Assembly (NCBI GenBank): GCA_039028615.1
Contig: JBCCHT010000026.1
Coordinates: 1 to 64,000 of the forward strand
DNA: 64,000 nucleotides
Origin: Myxococcota bacterium
Lineage (GTDB): Bacteria; Myxococcota_A; Polyangia; Nannocystales; Nannocystaceae
Reading direction: 5' to 3'
The notes beneath the pieces were generated by a model. That model made no database searches, was not told the origin of the DNA, and saw only the letters and a program-made list of their open reading frames with translations. Positions 51,229 to 61,183 of this stretch are shown here, piece by piece (the stretch's first letter is position 1; every line of letters starts with the position of its first letter). A program made the translations under genes and the position numbers.

Positions 51229-51986
51229 GCACTCCGAACCATTGGATCCGAAGTCCGCCCAGAGCCTCGGGGAGGATCAAGCTGTTCTGCTTCGCGCATG
51301 CCGGAGGCGGGGCAGGGTTCTTTCATCCCTGGGTCCGCGCACTCGCCCCGGACATCGAGGTGCACCGAATCGTCCTGCCCGGCCGAGAGTCTCGCCGTCA
51401 CGAGCCCGCCATCTCATCGATGAGCGAGTTGGTGCCCCTGGTGGCCTCTGCTTTGCAAGCCCATGCGACGGGACCCTACGCCTTGTTCGGCCACAGCATG
51501 GGAGCAGCGATCGCGTATGAGGTTGCACGGTGGATGAGCACCGCCGATCGCACTCCTCCGGTTCATTTGTTCGTGTCGGGGCGCCGTGCCCCACATTTGC
51601 CGGCCCGGAGGGATCCTTTCCACCTGCTGCCCGATCCGGACCTACTTCGGCTGATTCAGCAGCTCAATGGAACGCCGAGTGAGGTCTTCGAGTCTCGAGA
51701 CCTGATGTCCGAGTTCCTTCCCTGCCTCCGCGCTGATTTCAAACTCAATGAAACCTATCAGCCAGTGCCAGGGGTACCCCTACATTGTGGCGTCACCGGG
51801 CTGGCGGGCGACGGCGATCCGGAGGTCGATTTCGATGAACTGTTCGCGTGGGGCGAGCTCACCACGGGTCCGTTCGAATCGCGCCTATTCGAAGGCGACC
51901 ACTTCTACCTGAACACGAGGCAAGAACAGCTACTCTCCGAGTTGAGCCGACGACTTGTTCGTGCTACCGATCTCTTCCTTCGCTGA
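51225..51986 (+). CDS. Type II thioesterase (LnmN-like)
   Basis: FCFAHAGG, LPGRESR, GHSMG, LRADF, FEGDHFYL. Confidence 0.93.
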   Translation: MSTPNHWIRSPPRASGRIKLFCFAHAGGGAGFFHPWVRALAPDIEVHRIVLPGRESRRHEPAISSMSELVPLVASALQAHATGPYALFGHSMGAAIAYEVARWMSTADRTPPVHLFVSGRRAPHLPARRDPFHLLPDPDLLRLIQQLNGTPSEVFESRDLMSEFLPCLRADFKLNETYQPVPGVPLHCGVTGLAGDGDPEVDFDELFAWGELTTGPFESRLFEGDHFYLNTRQEQLLSELSRRLVRATDLFLR

Positions 51987-52133
51987 ACAGCTGCAGAAAA
52001 GTCCGACTTCCGTAGCGAGTTCGACGCAGCTCGAATGCGACCCTTCGCATACACATGAATTAGCCACGCATAGGTGCGCCGCTTCGGCATAAGTGGATAC
52101 AAACCGGACCCTGGGACGGCCTACACTTTTGTC

Positions 52134-52153
52134 GGTGTGACGTATTTGACACC
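52134..52153. promoter_or_regulatory. Crp/Fnr-type binding site candidate
   Basis: GGTGTGA-CGTATT-TGACACC, i.e. TGTGA-N6-TGACA, one mismatch from TGTGA-N6-TCACA, upstream of the Crp/Fnr gene. Confidence 0.55.
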
Positions 52154-52337
52154 AGCGCCGAGCGTTATTGCAACGGGTCGGTCGGCTGGAAGGGTGGTCC
52201 GCCAAGGGCCACAAAAATGCTGTTCTGCTCAAGTCTGAGCAGAATGGGCGTAGAGCAACCCCCTATCGTCGCAGCCAACTCAGTCGTCGGGACCGTATAA
52301 AGGCCGTTGCTTGTTTGGCAATGCATGATGCCCGGCC

Positions 52338-53075
52338 ATGGTGGTCCTGCGCAAGGCGTTTTCGCACGTGTCTCGATACATACACGCGGACCTTCATTTG
52401 GGCCTACCGGAGAATACTCGGGTTTCTGTGGCAGATTTTATTGCCAGTAAAACTCTGAGTACGAAGCCTACGGTAGTCCCTCGAGGAACAATCATATACG
52501 GCTGTGGGATGAGCAGCGACTCTGTATGCCTCATTGAAGAAGGCAAGGTCAAGCTCGTTATGCCCACAGAGAAAGGAAAGTGCTGTCTACTGGACATACG
52601 ATCGAATGGTGAGTTGTTCGGTGAACTCGCCATTGCTTCATCGAGTCGCAATCACCTCGCGGTGGCGATGCAGCGGACTTCCTTCTATCGATACCCTTCC
52701 TCCCGACTCTTGACCGAGCTGGCGGACACCGGGCTCTTGCCCGAGCTGGTGAAGTACCTCGCCGCCCAAATCATCCAGCAGGAGGAAATCATCACCGAGT
52801 TCGTCACGACCTGCAGTGAAGAGCGCCTCGCGTTGTTGCTGCTGCGTCTGGCCAAGCGCAGCGTAGGTCGCGATGGCTCGCGCCTGATCCTCGAGGAGCG
52901 AATCTCTTGTCAGGACCTGGCCCAGATGGTCGGGACGACGCGGTCGCGCATCGGGCTGTTCCTCAAGCGGTTCCGAGAACTGGACCTGGTGCGCTCGGGG
53001 AAGACCTTCTTTCTGTCGATCGACGCACCTCGGCTCCGGCAGTACCTCGACGAGCACTTCGGTACCGAGACCTAG
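52338..53075 (+). CDS. Crp/Fnr family transcriptional regulator (LnmO-like position)
   Basis: cNMP-binding beta-barrel (IEEGKVKL, GELFGELA), ERLALLLLRLA helix, HTH QDLAQMVGTTRSRI. Exact start uncertain. Confidence 0.88.
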   Translation: MVVLRKAFSHVSRYIHADLHLGLPENTRVSVADFIASKTLSTKPTVVPRGTIIYGCGMSSDSVCLIEEGKVKLVMPTEKGKCCLLDIRSNGELFGELAIASSSRNHLAVAMQRTSFYRYPSSRLLTELADTGLLPELVKYLAAQIIQQEEIITEFVTTCSEERLALLLLRLAKRSVGRDGSRLILEERISCQDLAQMVGTTRSRIGLFLKRFRELDLVRSGKTFFLSIDAPRLRQYLDEHFGTET

Positions 53076-53145
53076 CCAATCAGGCCTTGGCTCGGTGCTC
53101 ATGATTGAGCGGGAAGCGGGCGACGGTCGGGACAATATTCGGGTA

Positions 53146-54687
53146 ATGGACGCACGAACCGTCTCGGCTGACTCCGAGCTTCGCACCATCCTCGATGTCC
53201 TCACCGCTCGCGCCGCCCACGAGCCCGAACGCGTGGCGTTGCGGGTGATCGGGGGCCCGTCGTTGACCTTCGGTGAGTGGGAGCGGCGAGCCAACGCGGC
53301 AGCCCACGCTTTGCTCGACGCTGGAGTGAACAAGGGCGACGTCGTTGCCCTGTTCTTCGACGACAGAGACTGGGTGGACTACGCGGTCGCGTATATCGGA
53401 GCGTACAAGGCGGGGGCGGCTACGGTACACATGAACCCGTGGTACCCCGAGGCGGAGCTCGAGCGTCGCATCGAACAATGCGGCATCGAGACGCTCGTCC
53501 ACTCCGCGGACCTACGGCCGCCCAAGGCCGGCCGGGTCCTCAGCGCAGACGCCCTCCACCATGAAGATGTCACTGCGCCCGATGTCCCGCTCGGACCCAA
53601 GGACCTGGCCGACATCGCCTATACCGCGGGCACGACCGAGGGGCGCTCCAAGGGCGTGATGGTCGAACACGACGACTACCTGCTGGGGATCGACCTGGAG
53701 GAGGTCGTCGGCAATGACTCCGCCCTGAGCTTCTTGGGTCCCTTTCCCGCGGGCACTCCCTCGAGTCAGAATATCTTGTTGATGGGGATGGCGATGCCCC
53801 GACAGCTGTTGCTGCTGGACGAGCCCTCGCCGCAAGCCACCTGGGACGCCATCGAGTCCGAGGCCATCACCAACGTGATGATCACGCCGGGCATGGCGGT
53901 CGACTTGGTCAACTTGCCCTGCGCCCGACAAGGCGTGCTCGAGTCGGTGACCTCGCTGTCCGTGGGGGCGGCCGCCATTGCTCCCACGATGATCGCTCGC
54001 TTGATCGCGTTGTTCCCCAACGCATCGGTGACTCAGTACTACCTGTCGCTGGAGTCCATCCCCGCGATGGTGGCGTCGAGCTACGATCCGAAGCGGCCCG
54101 GCGCGGTCGGCAAGCCGCTGCCCGGGACCGGGATCGAGATCAGAAACCAGGCGGGCGAGGCCCTCGGGACCGGTGAGATCGGGGACATCTGGATGCAGCC
54201 GGCGGGGCGCGTACGTGCCTACAAAGGCGATCCGGAGTGGAACGCGAGGACCTTCCACGGCGCATGGATGTCGATGGGGGACAAGGGCTTCATGGACGAG
54301 GATGGCTACTGCCACTTCTACGATCGGGCGGCCGACGTGATCTCCGGCCCGGAGGGCTTCACGTCGACGCTGGCCGTCGAGGACGCGCTCTTTCAGCATC
54401 CCGGCGTGCGGGATGCCTGTGTCGTAGGGGTCCCGGGGGCCGATGGAGCGACACGAGTCGCCGCGGCGCTGGTGCTCGCGCCCGGGGCCGCGGTCGACGA
54501 CGTCCTCTCGGTGTGCCGCGAACACGTCGCGCCGCACCAGGTGCCAAGCGAGGTCCGAGTCGAGGGGTATCTACCCCGCGGGATCATCGGCAAGACGCTC
54601 AAGCGAGAGGTTCGCAAGTGGTTCCATCCCAACAGTGGCGATGCGGCATTGTTGGCACATCGAGAAGATCGAGTGCGCTATTGGTGA
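53146..54687 (+). CDS. AMP-dependent acyl-CoA synthetase/ligase (LnmW-like)
   Basis: YTAGTTEGRSKG P-loop variant, VGKPLPG, MGDKG, VEDALFQHPGV, LPRGIIGK. Start 53146 or 53095. Confidence 0.85.
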   Translation: MDARTVSADSELRTILDVLTARAAHEPERVALRVIGGPSLTFGEWERRANAAAHALLDAGVNKGDVVALFFDDRDWVDYAVAYIGAYKAGAATVHMNPWYPEAELERRIEQCGIETLVHSADLRPPKAGRVLSADALHHEDVTAPDVPLGPKDLADIAYTAGTTEGRSKGVMVEHDDYLLGIDLEEVVGNDSALSFLGPFPAGTPSSQNILLMGMAMPRQLLLLDEPSPQATWDAIESEAITNVMITPGMAVDLVNLPCARQGVLESVTSLSVGAAAIAPTMIARLIALFPNASVTQYYLSLESIPAMVASSYDPKRPGAVGKPLPGTGIEIRNQAGEALGTGEIGDIWMQPAGRVRAYKGDPEWNARTFHGAWMSMGDKGFMDEDGYCHFYDRAADVISGPEGFTSTLAVEDALFQHPGVRDACVVGVPGADGATRVAAALVLAPGAAVDDVLSVCREHVAPHQVPSEVRVEGYLPRGIIGKTLKREVRKWFHPNSGDAALLAHREDRVRYW

Positions 54688-54878
54688 TGTCCGACACAGA
54701 GCCATAATCAAACTGTGCTGACCATGAGGCAATTGCACCGTGCGAGTCGTAGAACTTTGGGGTTGCGGACCGCTGGCCGGCAGGCCTCTTTCCGTTGCCG
54801 TGTTCCGGCTCAGGAACGTGAAATCTCACGGTCCATTGCATCTTGCGTGGCACCGACAGCGGATATAGTCTCGCGGCC

Positions 54879-55271
54879 ATGAGCAAGGCTTCAGGCACAT
54901 TCGAGCTTTCGGCGACCCACGACATCTATGACGAGAGTCCGGGCGCGAAGCTCAGTCGCACCAAATACACCAAGACCTTTCAGGGAGACCTTGTCGCATC
55001 GAGCACGGTCGAGTCCTTGCAGGCGGTCTCCGACGACGAGAAATCTGCGGCATACGTGGGCATGGAGCGAATCTCCGGCACGCTCGGTGGGCGCTCGGGC
55101 TCCTTCGTGCTCCAGCACAGCGGCCTCATGGTAGGGGACGGCATGGAACTCGAGGTCAAGGTGCTCCCAGGAATGTCGACCGATGAGTTGACCGGCCTTT
55201 CTGGCACGATGAGCATCGACATCAGGGACGGTCAGCACTTCTACGAGTTCGAGTATTCCCTCGAAGGTTGA
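54879..55271 (+). CDS. DUF3224-like beta-barrel protein
   Basis: 130 aa. KTFQGDL, AYVGMERISGTLGGRSGSFVLQH, TDELTGLSG pattern recalled for DUF3224. Confidence 0.7.
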   Translation: MSKASGTFELSATHDIYDESPGAKLSRTKYTKTFQGDLVASSTVESLQAVSDDEKSAAYVGMERISGTLGGRSGSFVLQHSGLMVGDGMELEVKVLPGMSTDELTGLSGTMSIDIRDGQHFYEFEYSLEG

Positions 55272-55513
55272 GTTGTTGAATTGATCGCGAGTATCGGTCA
55301 TTGTCGCGGTGCTCGCCCCTTCGGTTCATCGAATGGGCAAGTGCGAGCGGCAAGGCCGTATCGCGAGTGCGCGTTTCGAGCTTGCGCTCTTACGGGCTCG
55401 TGTTTGTAGGTCGAGTGGTGATTACGTCGTTGTTTGGGGTGGACCTCTTTCCTCTGTTCTGGCGCTCAATGATGAGCAGAGGTGATGAGAGTTCTTCGCT
55501 AGACCACGAGTCG

Positions 55514-55876
55514 ATGTCACAACCCGACATGAGCAAGATTCACCCGATTTTCATTCAGCAGGGAGAGCTGCTCGCGAAGCGCGATCTCGATGGGCTGATG
55601 GACCTGTACCATCCCGATGCCGTCTTCGTGCGATTCCAGCGTGTCGCCAGCGGCAAGAAGGAGATCCGGGAGGTCCTCGAGAAATACATCGCGCTGCAGC
55701 TCGAGTTCGTCGCTCTCGAGGAGTACGTCGATACTGGCGAGACCATCATGATGCGTTCCACCATGAAGGTCGAAGGCGAGACCGAGACCTCGTGTGCGAC
55801 GCTCGTGCTCCGCGACGGCAAGATCTGGCGACAGGCGGCCGCGCGAGAGGGTGGCGCCCGCGATTGGGGCTTCTAG
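55514..55876 (+). CDS. SnoaL/NTF2-like protein
   Basis: About 120 aa. DLDGLMDLYHPDAVF...GKKEIR...LRDGKIWRQ NTF2-like pattern. Start 55514 or 55529. Confidence 0.75.
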   Translation: MSQPDMSKIHPIFIQQGELLAKRDLDGLMDLYHPDAVFVRFQRVASGKKEIREVLEKYIALQLEFVALEEYVDTGETIMMRSTMKVEGETETSCATLVLRDGKIWRQAAAREGGARDWGF

Positions 55877-55879
55877 AGG

Positions 55880-56605
55880 GTGTCGGCGGACCACAGCGGT
55901 GAAATCCCACGGCTCGCTCTGGAGGCGTTCGCCCGGAGCTTTCACCGTGAAGCATGTTCCTACGGCTTCACGGGCGTGGATTACCTGCGGTTCGTCAATC
56001 ATCTCTTCGAGCGCATTTTGGAAGGGGAGCCCGACCCCGAGGTTCGACCGGGTCCCGCTGTCGTTTCGGCGGGGACCCGGGCCGACCTCACTCTTCCGTT
56101 GATGGGCCACGGGGTCGCGCTGGAGCGTTATCTCGAGGCTCGGCATGGCCCAGTACTCAGGCGTTGGCTCGCGGGACGGGCTGGGCGCTACTTCGCGATG
56201 TCGCGAACGACCGCCGAGCGACTGGACGCCGAGCGGCTGATTCGCGATCCCGAGACGGCCTTGGGCGTCATCGCGACACCCGACGGGAGCCCGCTGGGCA
56301 TCGCCGCCTACTTCGGGCTCGATCGAGCACAGGACCGGGCCGAGCTGCGAGTCATGGTCGGCGAGGCGTCCCTGCGGGCGGACGAGCTGCTCGAGGAAGC
56401 GGTGCGCCTGTGGGTCCGGTACGGGATCGAGGAGCTGGGCCTGCGAAAAATCGTGGCCAGCCTCTTGGGCGCTGACCTGCTCGGTGTGCGAGTGCATCAG
56501 CGGCTCGGCTTTGACCTCGAGGGCGTTTTTCGCGACGAGGTGGCCCTGGACGACGGCTTCCACGATGTCGTCCGCATGGCGCTGCTGAGCCCGCCTCAGG
56601 TCTGA
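55880..56605 (+). CDS. GNAT family N-acetyltransferase (RimJ/RimL-like) with an N-terminal extension
   Basis: RAELRVMVGE, YGIEELGLRKI, HQRLGFDLEGVFRDEV...DVVRM C-terminal GNAT pattern. Confidence 0.7.
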   Translation: MSADHSGEIPRLALEAFARSFHREACSYGFTGVDYLRFVNHLFERILEGEPDPEVRPGPAVVSAGTRADLTLPLMGHGVALERYLEARHGPVLRRWLAGRAGRYFAMSRTTAERLDAERLIRDPETALGVIATPDGSPLGIAAYFGLDRAQDRAELRVMVGEASLRADELLEEAVRLWVRYGIEELGLRKIVASLLGADLLGVRVHQRLGFDLEGVFRDEVALDDGFHDVVRMALLSPPQV

Positions 56606-56984
56606 GTCCAGATGGGCGCAGGCTCGAGCATCCTGCGGAACGCTGCGTCCTTCGTTGCGTGGCCGTAGGGCGTCCGTTTCGGTGCGGATCCATCAGCTGT
56701 CTCCAGAACTCGAGATGGAACTCGCTCTCGGTTTCGCCTGACTCGTCTGCTTCGAGACCCGCGCGGGGCCTGGCCCCCAATGGAGGCTGGAGACCCCGGT
56801 TCCCGCTACGTCTCGCCGTGCTGCGTTCCCGTGCGAGTGCTGCACGCGGGAACGAGTCGTTCATGCAAATGCTGCCGGCTCGAGCCGCGGCCGTCCGTCG
56901 TTGGTCCGTGCGGTCGAAGTGACAGTGCCGACCGTCACGATCTTCGCGGCCACTCGATCACGCCATTAGGCTCATAATGGTGGA

Positions 56985-58793
56985 ATGGAAATGGATGGTT
57001 GTCGGGTGCCGCAGGCGCGGCGTGGGTTTGGCGTGGCGCCGGGCGGATGGCTGTTGGCTTTGGGCATTGCCGGGTTGGCGTCGGCGGGTTGTGGCGACGA
57101 CGCGGGCAACGGTGACTCCGCAGGGGAAGGAGGCTCTGGCTCGGGTGTCGGCACCGGTTCGGGTGGCGTCGTCGACGGCACCATCGGTGACGCCGGGGAT
57201 GCCACCGCGGGCGGTGATGCCAACGACGACGGTAGCGATGACACGGGTGGTACCGACACCGGCGGTCAACAGTGCCCCGAGCCTGCGCCGGCCTCGGTCG
57301 TCAGCCGAGTCATCGAGCCGTTCCCCTCGGGCGTCGAGCTGGCGCTGGAGGACTACTTTGCCACGCACTGGCTCAACGCCAGCCCGGCCACGCATCTCGC
57401 CCAGCAGACCTACGTCGGCTCGTGCAACGTCGGTACCGCGTCGCCCTTGGTCTACGCGTCGGTGTCGACGGGCGACAACGAGGACTGCGAGTCCGAGGAT
57501 GGCCTGGACCGCTACGGCTGGGGTGGATGTGGTGGCCTGCTCGTCGAGCTGGCCTACGAAGAGGGAGGAGGCCTCGAGGCGACGGGCAAGGTCGCCGAGC
57601 TGGGCGAGTGCGTCGAGCTGTACGGGGTCGCGCCGAGCCCCGATTGCAGCACGGTCGCCGTGCTGTGTCGCCGAGAGAACATGGCCACCGAGGCGGCGGC
57701 GGGAGAGATCACCAAGAACTCCTTGCTGACCCATGGCGACTCCGACTGGATGACCCACCCGCTCAACATGAACGGGGATGGTCGCCGCATGGACGAGATC
57801 TGGCTCTACGAGTGGCCGGGCGGTGACATCGAGGAACTGGCCGACAAGTACGTCGTGCATCGGGCCATCGGCACTTCGTACGGAAAGTACTCGCTCATTC
57901 GCGGCAGCGACGACACCTACGGCATCGGCGTTCGATCGGACCTGTTCTCGGGCGATGGCACCATGCACTCGGCCGATGCCATGCTGATCCTCGACGCTCA
58001 GACCTTCGATTTCACGGACCGAGGGTACTCTTGGGCGTGTGGAGTCGGGCACACGGTGACCAATTTCATGGCGTACAACCCGGCGACGGAGAAGTACGCC
58101 ATGCACTGCATGACGGACTGGAACGCCGACGAAGTCCCGGCGGGGGACTCGTATATCCGCCTGGAAGATGGCGACAAGGACAACGACGGCGACGGGGTGA
58201 ACAACGGCTACTTCCGGCACCACCGCTGGGACGGGTCGATGGTCGGTGGCGCCATCCAGCTGCAGCCCGTGTCCGACGGCGGCTTCATCGGAGCCTTGGT
58301 GGGCATCCCGGGCGATGCGGGTCCCCACCCCGAGCCACTTCATGAAGCGCCGGTTCCGACCTCCGTCGGTGTGGCGCGCTTCGAGCCCGACGGTCGGCTC
58401 ATCGGCGAGATTCAGTGGCTCGAGTCGGACGACGACGGCCTGGTCTCCCACGTGCAGCTGGCCCCGCTCGGCAACGATCGCTTCCTGTTCGGATGGGGCA
58501 CCATGCATCGCTTTTCGTCCTACGAGGACGACCGACACATGGACTACAAGGTGCCCCACGAGTATCACTTGTACGAGATCGACGACTCGGGGACGGTCCT
58601 CACCGAGGCCCTCGATCTGCCGAGTGATGCGGGGTGGGGCGAGTGGGACGAGATGACTCCGCTCGGCCATGGCCGAACGGCGTGGATCCACTCGACTCCG
58701 TCGACGGTGACGCTCGAGGAGGGATCCACGAGTCAGTTCGACCTGAACCGAGACACGCTGGTCACCCACGTCTACACCGCGGCGTGCCCGTGA
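56985..58793 (+). CDS. Putative lipoprotein of unknown function
   Basis: Hydrophobic signal with lipobox LASAGC, Gly/Asp/Thr low-complexity linker, acidic Cys-containing body. Confidence 0.7.
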   Translation: MEMDGCRVPQARRGFGVAPGGWLLALGIAGLASAGCGDDAGNGDSAGEGGSGSGVGTGSGGVVDGTIGDAGDATAGGDANDDGSDDTGGTDTGGQQCPEPAPASVVSRVIEPFPSGVELALEDYFATHWLNASPATHLAQQTYVGSCNVGTASPLVYASVSTGDNEDCESEDGLDRYGWGGCGGLLVELAYEEGGGLEATGKVAELGECVELYGVAPSPDCSTVAVLCRRENMATEAAAGEITKNSLLTHGDSDWMTHPLNMNGDGRRMDEIWLYEWPGGDIEELADKYVVHRAIGTSYGKYSLIRGSDDTYGIGVRSDLFSGDGTMHSADAMLILDAQTFDFTDRGYSWACGVGHTVTNFMAYNPATEKYAMHCMTDWNADEVPAGDSYIRLEDGDKDNDGDGVNNGYFRHHRWDGSMVGGAIQLQPVSDGGFIGALVGIPGDAGPHPEPLHEAPVPTSVGVARFEPDGRLIGEIQWLESDDDGLVSHVQLAPLGNDRFLFGWGTMHRFSSYEDDRHMDYKVPHEYHLYEIDDSGTVLTEALDLPSDAGWGEWDEMTPLGHGRTAWIHSTPSTVTLEEGSTSQFDLNRDTLVTHVYTAACP

Positions 58794-58834
58794 CGCTGCG
58801 GTGCGTGGCTACTCCCGTTCGCCGACCCGAGCGG

Positions 58835-59842
58835 TCAACCGACCGGGGGTAGCTCGGGCTCGGCCCAGGGCGCGGCCAGGTCGTTGCACGTGTAGCCCAG
58901 GTCGCCGATGAAGGTCATCGTGCCGTCCATGGTGACTTCGTACAGGCCTCGTACCGTGCTCTGGTTGTTGTTGGTGCAGATGTACAGCGCGCCGTTGTCG
59001 GGGTGATGTTCGAAGCCCACCAGACCGAGGGTCTCGCTGAGCGCCGTGACCAGTGAGTAAGTGCCGGTCGTGGTGTTCACCTCGTACATCGAGTTGGTGC
59101 CGGCCTCGACGGCCATCAGCATCTGGTCGGCCTCTACCCAGGTCGCGCCGCCATTGCCGATGTTGAAACCCGCCGGGCCCATCTCGGTGAAGACTCCCGT
59201 GTCGACATCGACGCGGTAGAGGCGGTCGGTGGTGCTGTCGACCGCGTACAGGCCGTAGTCTTCGTCGGGACTGATGCCGTTCACCCCGCTGACGTTCCCT
59301 GGGTAGGTCGCGACGCGGGTCGCCACGCAGGAGGGGAGCTCGATCTCCCACAGGCCGTCCGAGCCGTTGTTGGCGCCGATCAGCCGGTCGTCCCGGGTGA
59401 AGGTCATGCTCGAGAACTCGAAGGGGGACCCCGTCTCGGGGTTGATGAGCTCGCACAGCTCGACGGTCGACGCATCGACCCGCGAGACTCGATAGAGGGT
59501 TCCGCCTTCGGAGTTGAGCATCCACTCTACGGGTTCGCTCATGTTGCCGACGTCCGGGCCATTGCCGAGGTCGAACAGGATCCCGGAGTCGTCCTCCGTG
59601 GTGCCCGAGTCGGGGTCGGTGCTGCCCTCATCCCCCGTGCTGCTCGCCGAGCTGGTGGTGCCTCCGGCCGAGCTGGTGGTGCCGTCGGCCGAACCGGTCG
59701 TGTTGGCCGTCGAACCAGTCGACGCATTGGCGGTATCGAGGTTGGTTCCGACACCGTCGCTGCCCGCGGCGTCGGGCGCTGGTTCGGTGCCGCACGCAGC
59801 GGCGGCAAGCATCACGATCGAGACTCCAATAAGGCGAACCAT
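58835..59842 (-). CDS. Putative lipoprotein with a beta-propeller-like C-terminal domain
   Basis: Lipobox LAAAAC, Ser/Thr/Gly linker ending LFDLGNGPD, repeated LYxV(D/N)xxTG blades. Confidence 0.72.
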   Translation of the reverse strand: MVRLIGVSIVMLAAAACGTEPAPDAAGSDGVGTNLDTANASTGSTANTTGSADGTTSSAGGTTSSASSTGDEGSTDPDSGTTEDDSGILFDLGNGPDVGNMSEPVEWMLNSEGGTLYRVSRVDASTVELCELINPETGSPFEFSSMTFTRDDRLIGANNGSDGLWEIELPSCVATRVATYPGNVSGVNGISPDEDYGLYAVDSTTDRLYRVDVDTGVFTEMGPAGFNIGNGGATWVEADQMLMAVEAGTNSMYEVNTTTGTYSLVTALSETLGLVGFEHHPDNGALYICTNNNQSTVRGLYEVTMDGTMTFIGDLGYTCNDLAAPWAEPELPPVG

Positions 59843-60268
59843 GTCTCGAGTATTTCACAGGGCGTCGCGGCGTCTCAACTCGACACGGAGCAAGTGCGAT
59901 CGAGTCGAACGTTTTTGCGAAGACCGGATCGTTCCTCGCCGGCACCATGCTCACACACGGTGCGACATCATCGGTCGATCGATCGAAGACATCAGTGCTG
60001 CACGTAGGCGGGAGCATCCGCATGCGGCAGGGACTGCATCGTGAACGATTGGTTCGGACGAACGAGACTGGGTGGGGCATGCCATTTCTGCACGACTGAC
60101 TCGGTGTATTTCGCGATCGGCTGCAGTTTTCGCTTCGACGCTCTCGCACGGACCGACACCCGACGGTTTCGAGCGGCAGAAATCTCGACCATGACCAAGT
60201 CGGCGTTTTCGTCTTTGAGGAAGAGTCAGCGGGTTCGCGTGAGCAACCTACGGATGTGCACGCCGTGC

Positions 60269-61147
60269 TCAGCACGATTCCTCGATCCCGACCCGTTCGC
60301 ACGCCCACCGCCAAAACTGCTGCGCCTGATCCTCGTCGCGCGACTGCTCGCTCGAGTCGACCACTGCAAAGTGATGGAAGTAGCGACCGCCGGCTTCGTC
60401 CAGCGGGGTCTCGCCGTAGAGCTTGGCCAGGCCATCGGCCGAGTCGTCGAGGGCGGTCGCGAACGGCATGCGAGGCAGGATGGAGCGCAACGCAAAGCGC
60501 ATGAACGTCTTGGGGGCGCCCACGGCCGCAGTCGTGGGCACGAACCCGGGAGACACCACGCTGAAGTGCACCCCTCGGTTCCCGACGCGACGCTCGAACT
60601 CGTAGGCGACCCACAGCAGCGCGAGCTTGCCGTTCTTGTAGGCGCGCTTGGGGTGGTAGTTGGCGTCGAGGTTCGGATCGTCGAGGCGAAGGTCGACCGC
60701 GGGCCCGCGTGCGTCGGGGTAGTGCAGCGAGGAGCCTACGCCCCAGATCTGGGACGGCCGCGTGAGCGTGGGCAGTAGCAATCGGGTGAGCAGCAAGGGG
60801 GCCACTGCGTGCACCTGCAAGCTCTGCTCGATGCCGTCCTCGGTCAGCGTTCGTTCCGGCGGCGGGAAGAGCATGCCCGCGTTGTGCACGAGCACATCGA
60901 TGCGCTCCTGCTCGGCGAGCACGGCTTCGGCCAGCTCCCGTACCGACGAAAGCGAGGCCAGATCGAGGACGCGAGCTTCGATCTCCGCCCCCGGCACTTC
61001 GTGCGCGAGCCTCTGTGCCGCGGCGCTGGCTTTGGTGTCGTCCCGTGCCGTGACGATCAACCGATGTCCTGCCCTCGCCAACCGCTGGGCGGCCGCGAGA
61101 CCGAGGCCGCGATTCGCTCCGGTGATGAGGATGGTCCGGCGAGTCAC
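60269..61147 (-). CDS. SDR family oxidoreductase (retinol dehydrogenase/WWOX-like)
   Basis: TGANRGLG, LDLASLSSV, HNAG, YKNGK, SPGFVPT. Confidence 0.88.
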   Translation of the reverse strand: MTRRTILITGANRGLGLAAAQRLARAGHRLIVTARDDTKASAAAQRLAHEVPGAEIEARVLDLASLSSVRELAEAVLAEQERIDVLVHNAGMLFPPPERTLTEDGIEQSLQVHAVAPLLLTRLLLPTLTRPSQIWGVGSSLHYPDARGPAVDLRLDDPNLDANYHPKRAYKNGKLALLWVAYEFERRVGNRGVHFSVVSPGFVPTTAAVGAPKTFMRFALRSILPRMPFATALDDSADGLAKLYGETPLDEAGGRYFHHFAVVDSSEQSRDEDQAQQFWRWACERVGIEESC

Positions 61148-61183
61148 GGCCGGGATGATGCCATCATCGCTCGACTCGGGGGG

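Noticed and set aside
54817..54830. CGTGA-N4-TCACG inverted repeat upstream of the DUF3224-like gene
   Set aside because: The spacing does not fit a Crp box, and 5-bp arms can occur by chance.
59646..59683. 17-bp direct repeat GCCGAGCTGGTGGTGCC, two copies
   Set aside because: Encodes repeated GTTSSA in a lipoprotein linker; not a CRISPR repeat or att site.
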